NCBI GenBank assembly: GCA_017477245.1
Contig: JAFUWY010000027.1
Span: 118,942-182,941, forward strand
DNA: 64,000 nucleotides
From: Bacteroidales bacterium
Lineage (GTDB): Bacteria; Bacteroidota; Bacteroidia; Bacteroidales; UBA932
Direction: 5' to 3'
Shown: piece after piece, positions 59,028 to 64,000 of the stretch
Layout of the letters: every line of letters starts with the position of its first letter
How positions within the stretch are numbered: the first letter of the stretch is position 1
Notes under the pieces: model-generated
Told to the model about the DNA's origin: nothing
The model's database searches: none
Seen by the model: only the letters and a program-made list of their open reading frames with translations
Translations under genes and position numbers: made by a program

Positions 59028-59133
59028 TGCTGAAAAAATGTCAGCATTTTTGACAAAATGTCTTGATTATCAATGTATTATGAGGCGATTTTGGACAAAA
59101 TGTCCCGGAAACGCAATTGGTCCGGGGCTTGTA
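59028..59133 (+). promoter_or_regulatory. Three GACA-AAA-TGTC-type palindromes plus a sigma54-like -24/-12 element upstream of hsp20
   Basis: TGCTGAAAAAATGTCAGCA (59028-59046), TGACAAAATGTC (59051-59062), GGACAAAATGTCC (59093-59105); TGG-TCCG-GGGC-TTGTA (59118-59133). Confidence 0.55.
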
Positions 59134-59207
59134 ATCTACTAAGGCGTCGCCCGGTTGGGCGGCGGACAAAACAAGTTAAACAATTTAAAATCATAGGAGA
59201 TTTGATT

Positions 59208-59639
59208 ATGTATACCGATCGTAGAAACCAAGCTTGGATTCCGAGCATTTTCGGAGACCTTTTCGATGACTTCGCAGTGATGCCGGCAAAGCAGTTCGCC
59301 TCCCCTGCCGTCAACATCAAGGAGACCGAGAACGACTTCCAGATCGAGATCGCCGCTCCGGGCATGACCAAGGACGACTTCGCCATCCGCGTGGACAACG
59401 ACGAGGAGCTGGTGATCGCCCTCGAGAAGAAGCACGAGCACAAAGACGAGAAGAAGCACGAGAACTACCTCCGTCGCGAATTCTCCTACACCTCCTACCA
59501 CCAGGCCTTCACCCTCCCGGAGAACATCGACGTCGAGAACATCAAGGCCAATATGACCAACGGCGTGCTGGGCATCGTCCTCCCGAAGAAGACCCCGGAG
59601 AAGCAGATCCCCGCTTCCCGCCAGATCGCGATCGAGTAA
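59208..59639 (+). CDS. Small heat shock protein Hsp20 / alpha-crystallin family
   Basis: PAVNIKE, IEIAAPGMTKDDF, YLRREFSYTSY and NGVLGIVLPK motifs. Confidence 0.95.
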   Translation: MYTDRRNQAWIPSIFGDLFDDFAVMPAKQFASPAVNIKETENDFQIEIAAPGMTKDDFAIRVDNDEELVIALEKKHEHKDEKKHENYLRREFSYTSYHQAFTLPENIDVENIKANMTNGVLGIVLPKKTPEKQIPASRQIAIE

Positions 59640-59660
59640 GGCTCGACCCCGCACACACGC

Positions 59661-59692
59661 AAAAGGCCGGCGCTCTCAGGCGCCGGCCTTTT
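59661..59692. terminator. Bidirectional intrinsic terminator
   Basis: AAAAGGCCGGCGC-tctcag-GCGCCGGCCTTTT between hsp20 and the convergent helicase gene. Confidence 0.85.
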
Positions 59693-59702
59693 CGTATCCC
59701 CT

Positions 59703-59794
59703 GCACCGTGCATATCGTCCCATTCCCTGGACCCATATGCGCATTTTTGGCCATTTTTGCTCATATCGTCCCCTCTTCTGGACCCTTATGCACG
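59703..59794. repeat. 92-bp double-hairpin REP/MITE-like element, copy 1
   Basis: GCACCGTGCATATCGTCCC...TGGACCCATATGCGCATTTTTGGCCATTTTTGCTCATATCGTCCC...TGGACCCTTATGCACG; same length and near-identical to 62880-62971. Confidence 0.9.
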
Positions 59795-61866
59795 CTCCGG
59801 GCCAGCAATTCCAGGATCTCCGGGCCACATTTCTCCCAGAGGCCCGGGCCGAAGCCGGGCACGGCCAGCATCTCCGCGCGCGTGGCCGGGCAGGCGTCCG
59901 CCAGGCCCAGCAGGGTTTTCTGATGCAGGACAATGTATGCCGGTACACCCAGTTCAGCTGCCTTGCGGCGGCGCCAGGCGACCAGGACCTCCACCAGTTC
60001 CGGATGCCGGTTGTCGTTGTAGACATCCCGCGCTTCCTGGGGTTTCCGGCGGGATTTCCGGGCGACGGGAGCTTCGCCCAGCAGGGCCTTGGCGCGGGTC
60101 TGCCGGAAGCGGACGGGATCGAATCCCCCTTCAGCCACTTCATGCAAGGTGTCCAGGTGGGCCTGCCACTGCGGCACCAGGTCCGCCGCAAGGTTCTTCA
60201 ATTGCTTTCCGACCTCGGCGTTGTCCACCTCCACACGGAAGAAGAGGTCGAGTCCCAGCGTTTCGAGCCGCGGGAGGAAATAGGCGCAGGCCTGCCCGAT
60301 ACGCTCTGTCGTCCGGTCTGCATCGTTGCGAAGGGACTGCAGCTGCGAGCGGAACCTGCCGGCGACTTCTTCCGTTTCGGACAGGTCACGCGCCGCCGAC
60401 TCCAGTCTCTCCAGCTGGGCGGGATACAGGCTTCCCAGCGAATCGCGCCAGATCTTCCGCAGGTAGTACACCTCCCGCAGCAATGTCCCGAAACTGAAGC
60501 ACGCGCACTGCAGGGCCAGGGTGAAGGCGGCCCGGTGTCCCGCCAGGGCGTCCGCCACCTGCCCGGGAGCCGGGAAAGCGTCATTGAACGCAGTGACATC
60601 TGCGTCAGAGAGCAGCAGGTCCCGCCGGACAGGCCGGACCAGGGAGATCCCCTCCAGCGTCCGGCAACGGGAAAGGGCCACGTACACCTGGCCGAAGGCA
60701 AAGGCCGAACCGATGTCGATCACCACGTGGTCGAAGGTCAGCCCCTGGCTTTTGTGAACCGTGACGGCCCAGGCCGGGCGCAGCGGGAACTGGCGGAAGG
60801 TCCCCTTCACTTCCTGGCGGATCTCCCCGCTCCGCTCATCCAGGGTATATTGGAGATTCTGCCATTCCTGCCTGTCGACGGCTGTTTCCTCTCCGGAATC
60901 GGCCAGCACGCGCACGATGTCCTCCTCCAAAACGGCGACCGTCCCCAGCTTGCCATTGTAGTAGCGCCCCTCCGGGTCGTTGCGGATGAACATGACCCGC
61001 GCACCAGGCTTGAGCTCCAGCGAAGCAGCAGCCGGGTACAACCCCTCGGGGTACTCCCCTTCTACCAGGGCTTCCAGCCGCGCTGCATCGCCGGGCAGTG
61101 CGGCCAGGCGGGCAGCATTCTCGCTGTCGGCCTGGTGATTATGCGTCGTGAGCCGGATCCAGTCTTCCCCGGCCGGGGCTCCGACCCGTGCATTGATCCG
61201 TTGCAGCATCCCCGCGGATATCCGCGCATCGCGCACGGCGTTCAGGATCTCCACGAAGTCCGAATCCTCTTGGCGGTAGACCTTCTGCAGCTCCAGTGTC
61301 ACATAAGGCAACTGCTGCAAAGCCTTGCTATGGAAGAAGTAAGGAGACGGATAGACTCTCTCCAGGAAAGGCCGTTCCTCCTCCCGGACAACGGGAGAGA
61401 GTTGCCGGGCATCGCCGATCATCAGCAGCTGCACGCCGCCGAACGGCTCGGTACTGCGGCGGACCCGGCGCAGGGTCATGTCCACGGCATCCATCAGGTC
61501 CGCCCGTACCATGGAGACCTCATCGATGACCAGCAGGTCCAGGGTCCTCAGGATCAGGACCTTGTCCTTGCGGAGCCGGCGGTAGCGCTCCGGCATCTGG
61601 TACTCGTTCCTCAACTCCTGGACGTCAGGCAGATACGGACACAGGGGCAGGGAGAAAAAGGAGTGGATCGTACTTCCCCGCGCATTGATGGCGGCGACGC
61701 CGGTCGGCGCCAGCACCACGCATCGCTTGGAGGTCTTCTCTACGATATACCTCAGGAAGGTTGTCTTACCCGTCCCGGCCTTGCCGGTCAGGAACAACGA
61801 CACGGATGTCTCCTCCACATATTTCTCCGCCAGGTCGAACAGCGGATCCCTCTGCAAATCATTCAT
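59761..61866 (-). CDS. Pif1/RecD-like SF1B helicase with a C-terminal HRDC domain
   Basis: GKAGTGKTT, APTGVAA, TIHSFF, IDEVSMV, IGDARQL and AWAVTVHKSQG, VYVALSR motifs; HRDC tail LVAWRR...PAYIV...VPGFG. Confidence 0.92.
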   Translation of the reverse strand: MNDLQRDPLFDLAEKYVEETSVSLFLTGKAGTGKTTFLRYIVEKTSKRCVVLAPTGVAAINARGSTIHSFFSLPLCPYLPDVQELRNEYQMPERYRRLRKDKVLILRTLDLLVIDEVSMVRADLMDAVDMTLRRVRRSTEPFGGVQLLMIGDARQLSPVVREEERPFLERVYPSPYFFHSKALQQLPYVTLELQKVYRQEDSDFVEILNAVRDARISAGMLQRINARVGAPAGEDWIRLTTHNHQADSENAARLAALPGDAARLEALVEGEYPEGLYPAAASLELKPGARVMFIRNDPEGRYYNGKLGTVAVLEEDIVRVLADSGEETAVDRQEWQNLQYTLDERSGEIRQEVKGTFRQFPLRPAWAVTVHKSQGLTFDHVVIDIGSAFAFGQVYVALSRCRTLEGISLVRPVRRDLLLSDADVTAFNDAFPAPGQVADALAGHRAAFTLALQCACFSFGTLLREVYYLRKIWRDSLGSLYPAQLERLESAARDLSETEEVAGRFRSQLQSLRNDADRTTERIGQACAYFLPRLETLGLDLFFRVEVDNAEVGKQLKNLAADLVPQWQAHLDTLHEVAEGGFDPVRFRQTRAKALLGEAPVARKSRRKPQEARDVYNDNRHPELVEVLVAWRRRKAAELGVPAYIVLHQKTLLGLADACPATRAEMLAVPGFGPGLWEKCGPEILELLARSVHKGPEEGTI

Positions 61867-61872
61867 GGTGGA

Positions 61873-61880
61873 CAAAGATA
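61873..61880 (-). promoter_or_regulatory. Bacteroidetes -7 promoter element TATCTTTG of the helicase gene
   Basis: Exact TAnnTTTG match 7 nt upstream of the ATG at 61866, in the short gap after the transposase stop. Confidence 0.6.
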
Positions 61881-61885
61881 CCGGT

Positions 61886-62767
61886 TTATTCTGAATCCTC
61901 CAGCAACCTGGCTGCCGCAGCATAGGTCAGCGCGGTGACCCGGGCCAGCTGGTTGACGTCGCTGCTGAAACGGAAGCGGAGCTGGCGGAGCAGCTCCACC
62001 TGTTCTTCCCGTTCCAACTCTCCGAAAGAAGCCTTTCCGAAAAGCGTCTTGCACAATTCCGGGACAGCCGGCAGGATCGTCTGGTCCCGGAACGACGGCA
62101 GGCCGGTCTCGCCGGAGACGACCCGCTTCCGGGCCTTGGAGGAAGTATGCAGGAAATAATTCATCCGGTTCGGGGTCCGGTACAACTGTTCGACATACCT
62201 GACATTCAGGTAACTGGTCGGAAGCACATACCCTTCCTCGCACAGGAGCCACTCCCCCGGCAGTTCGACGGCGCAGTGCAGCATCCGCCTTTTTGCGCGG
62301 GCGGATATCTCCCCCAGCGGCCTCCCGCCGGCTTTGGCCGGATGGAAGAACGCCTGTCCGCATCCCCAGGGATAATGGGTCGGATGGGAGCAGATATTCG
62401 CAGCGACACAGTTCATCTGGACATAGGCAATGGCTCTCTCCACAGCCTCCCCTTCGTCTTCCGGGATTTCGCGGATATCCACACCGTTCCTCCTGAGGAA
62501 CTCCCTGACCCCGTACTTCCGCTGCAGGTACTTGGCATAGCGCATCTTGTAGCCGTTGACAAATGCAACGACTTCCTCCCTAGTCCCGTACAGCACGAAA
62601 TGGACATGGTTGGACATCAAGATAAAGACGAGTACCACGACGTTTGACAAGGCCACCTGGACAGCCACATAATTCATCCCGACCTTGAAATCATCATCAT
62701 CCCTGAACCACAATCCTTCTTCCAGATGCTCGGTGGTCACGAGCCAGATCTTCCTTTCTTTTTTCAT
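61886..62767 (-). CDS. Y1 HUH tyrosine transposase-like protein (RAYT / IS200-TnpA superfamily) with a C-terminal extension
   Basis: WFRDDDDF, ILMSNHVHFVL (HUH), AYVQMNCVAA (catalytic Tyr helix) and HYPWGC; helical C-terminal tail. Confidence 0.8.
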   Translation of the reverse strand: MKKERKIWLVTTEHLEEGLWFRDDDDFKVGMNYVAVQVALSNVVVLVFILMSNHVHFVLYGTREEVVAFVNGYKMRYAKYLQRKYGVREFLRRNGVDIREIPEDEGEAVERAIAYVQMNCVAANICSHPTHYPWGCGQAFFHPAKAGGRPLGEISARAKRRMLHCAVELPGEWLLCEEGYVLPTSYLNVRYVEQLYRTPNRMNYFLHTSSKARKRVVSGETGLPSFRDQTILPAVPELCKTLFGKASFGELEREEQVELLRQLRFRFSSDVNQLARVTALTYAAAARLLEDSE

Positions 62768-62814
62768 AGTCAATCAGTCTATCCGCCGGTGATACAGATC
62801 CACCGGTCTTCCTG

Positions 62815-62822
62815 CAAAAATA
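62815..62822 (-). promoter_or_regulatory. Bacteroidetes -7 promoter element TATTTTTG of the transposase gene
   Basis: Exact TAnnTTTG match about 50 nt upstream of the ATG, followed by a CCGGTG/CACCGG hairpin. Confidence 0.55.
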
Positions 62823-62879
62823 AGGTTTTCGCAGAATTCCGCAAGGGTTCGGCATCGTTTCTTAGGGAAAAACTAGCGG

Positions 62880-62971
62880 GCACCGTGCATATCGTCCCCA
62901 ACTTTGGACCCATATGCGCATTTTGGGCCATTTTTGCTCATATCGTCCCAAACTTTGGACCCATATGCACG
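62880..62971. repeat. 92-bp double-hairpin REP/MITE-like element, copy 2
   Basis: Direct-orientation copy of 59703-59794 with terminal inverted repeat CGTGCATAT / ATATGCACG. Confidence 0.9.
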
Positions 62972-63068
62972 GTCGGCGGGATGAAGGGTGGCGGAAGGGC
63001 GGAAGGGCGAAAGGGTGGGAGTTGGTGGGACCGGCGGGGCTGGGTGGCCGGGCTGGGGCGACCGGGGC

Positions 63069-63842
63069 CTAGCCCAGGACGACGTCCAGGACCATCATCA
63101 GGGCGAAGCCGAGTGCGAAACCGATGGTGGCGATGTTGGAGTGCTCGCCCTGCGAAGCTTCGGGAACGAGTTCCTCGATGACGACGTAGAGCATGGCGCC
63201 GGCGGCGAAAGCCAGCAGGTACGGCATCGCCGGCGTGACGACCGAGGCGAGCAGCAGCACCAGCAGGGCGCCGGCCGGCTCCACGGCCCCGCTCAGGGCG
63301 CCGATGCCGAAGGCGCGGAGCCGGCTGTTGCCCGCCGCGCGCAGGGGCATGGAGATGATCGCCCCTTCAGGCACGTTCTGGATGGCGATACCCAGCGACA
63401 GGGCCAGGGCGCCCGCCACGCTCATCCCCACGTCGGCGTTCAGCGCGCCGGCGATGGCCACGCCCACGGCCATGCCCTCCGGGAAATTGTGGATCGTGAC
63501 GGCCAGGGCCAGCATCGCGGTCTTGGAGAGATGGCTGCGCGGCCCCTCCGGTCCGCCCACGGGATGCAGGTGCGGGGTGACCCGGTCGATCAGCAGCAGG
63601 AAGGCGAAGCCTCCCAGCAGTCCCACCACGGCAGGCACGACGGCCCCGACGCCCTCGCCCATCTCCATCGCGGGGATGAGCAGCGACCACACCGAGGCCG
63701 CGACCATCACGCCGGAAGCGAAGCCCAGCAGCACTTTCTGCAGGCGCTCGGGCATCTCGTGGCGCATCAGGAAGACGAAGGCGGACCCCAGCGCCGTACC
63801 GGCGAAGGGGATCAGCAGGGCAAGGAGGACGGCAGGATTCAT
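63069..63842 (-). CDS. ZIP (ZupT/GufA) family metal transporter
   Basis: LGFASGVMVAAS, VTIHNFPEGMAVG, GIAIQNVPEG and AAGAMLYVVIEEL motifs. Confidence 0.93.
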   Translation of the reverse strand: MNPAVLLALLIPFAGTALGSAFVFLMRHEMPERLQKVLLGFASGVMVAASVWSLLIPAMEMGEGVGAVVPAVVGLLGGFAFLLLIDRVTPHLHPVGGPEGPRSHLSKTAMLALAVTIHNFPEGMAVGVAIAGALNADVGMSVAGALALSLGIAIQNVPEGAIISMPLRAAGNSRLRAFGIGALSGAVEPAGALLVLLLASVVTPAMPYLLAFAAGAMLYVVIEELVPEASQGEHSNIATIGFALGFALMMVLDVVLG

Positions 63843-64000
63843 TTCGATACGGATTTGGAGGCAGGCGCGCTCCGGTCAAAGAAGATGGAGACGATGGCGC
63901 ACAGCCCCATCAGGAAAGGATAATACAGGTAAGGGATGATCGCCGCCGGCGAGATGGCGGCGAGGCCCGAGGCCATCAGCAGCTGCGCCCCGTAGGGCAG
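63839..64000 (-). CDS. C-terminus of an NhaC-family transporter (partial)
   Basis: Hand translation LPYGAQLLMASGLAAISPAAIIPYLYYPFLMGLCAIVSIFF...*; the stop overlaps the ZIP start codon. Confidence 0.7.
   Translation of the reverse strand: MPYGAQLLMASGLAAISPAAIIPYLYYPFLMGLCAIVSIFFDRSAPASKSVSK

Noticed and set aside
59703-62971. Classical IS200/IS605 element or composite transposon
   Set aside because: No TnpB, no DDE transposase, no terminal inverted repeats around the whole unit and no target duplication was seen; kept only as a RAYT/REP-type hypothesis.

Overview
Window from a high-GC Bacteroidales-type chromosome (inferred from the SusC/SusD pair, a hybrid two-component regulator and repeated TAnnTTTG promoter motifs). 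Layout: (1) 1-20 kb, an amino-acid biosynthesis supercluster: ilvD-ilvB-ilvN-ilvC-leuA-leuC-leuD-cimA-leuB-ilvE-aminotransferase-metX on the minus strand, divergent from thrA-thrB-thrC-asd. (2) 20-24.3 kb, small membrane and lipoprotein genes, a probable internally deleted GH26 remnant and a PL11-like lipoprotein. (3) 24.4-29.6 kb, a lower-GC islet with an MmeI-like restriction-modification gene of mosaic composition, followed by gene fragments and palindromic repeats. (4) 29.6-31.7 kb, small genes. (5) 31.9-52.6 kb, a polysaccharide utilisation locus (SusC, SusD, six glycoside-hydrolase-like genes, HTCS). (6) 52.7-59.7 kb, amidase-like gene, esterase, PEP-synthase-like gene with gdhA, and hsp20 with an unusually structured upstream region. 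(7) 59.7-63 kb, a Pif1-like/HRDC helicase and a Y1 HUH (RAYT-like) transposase bracketed by two direct copies of a 92-bp double-hairpin element; this is the best candidate for an undescribed system. (8) ZIP transporter and the end of an NhaC-family gene. No rRNA, tRNA, CRISPR array, integrase or reverse transcriptase was recognised. Family assignments come from motifs recognised by eye; no database search was run.
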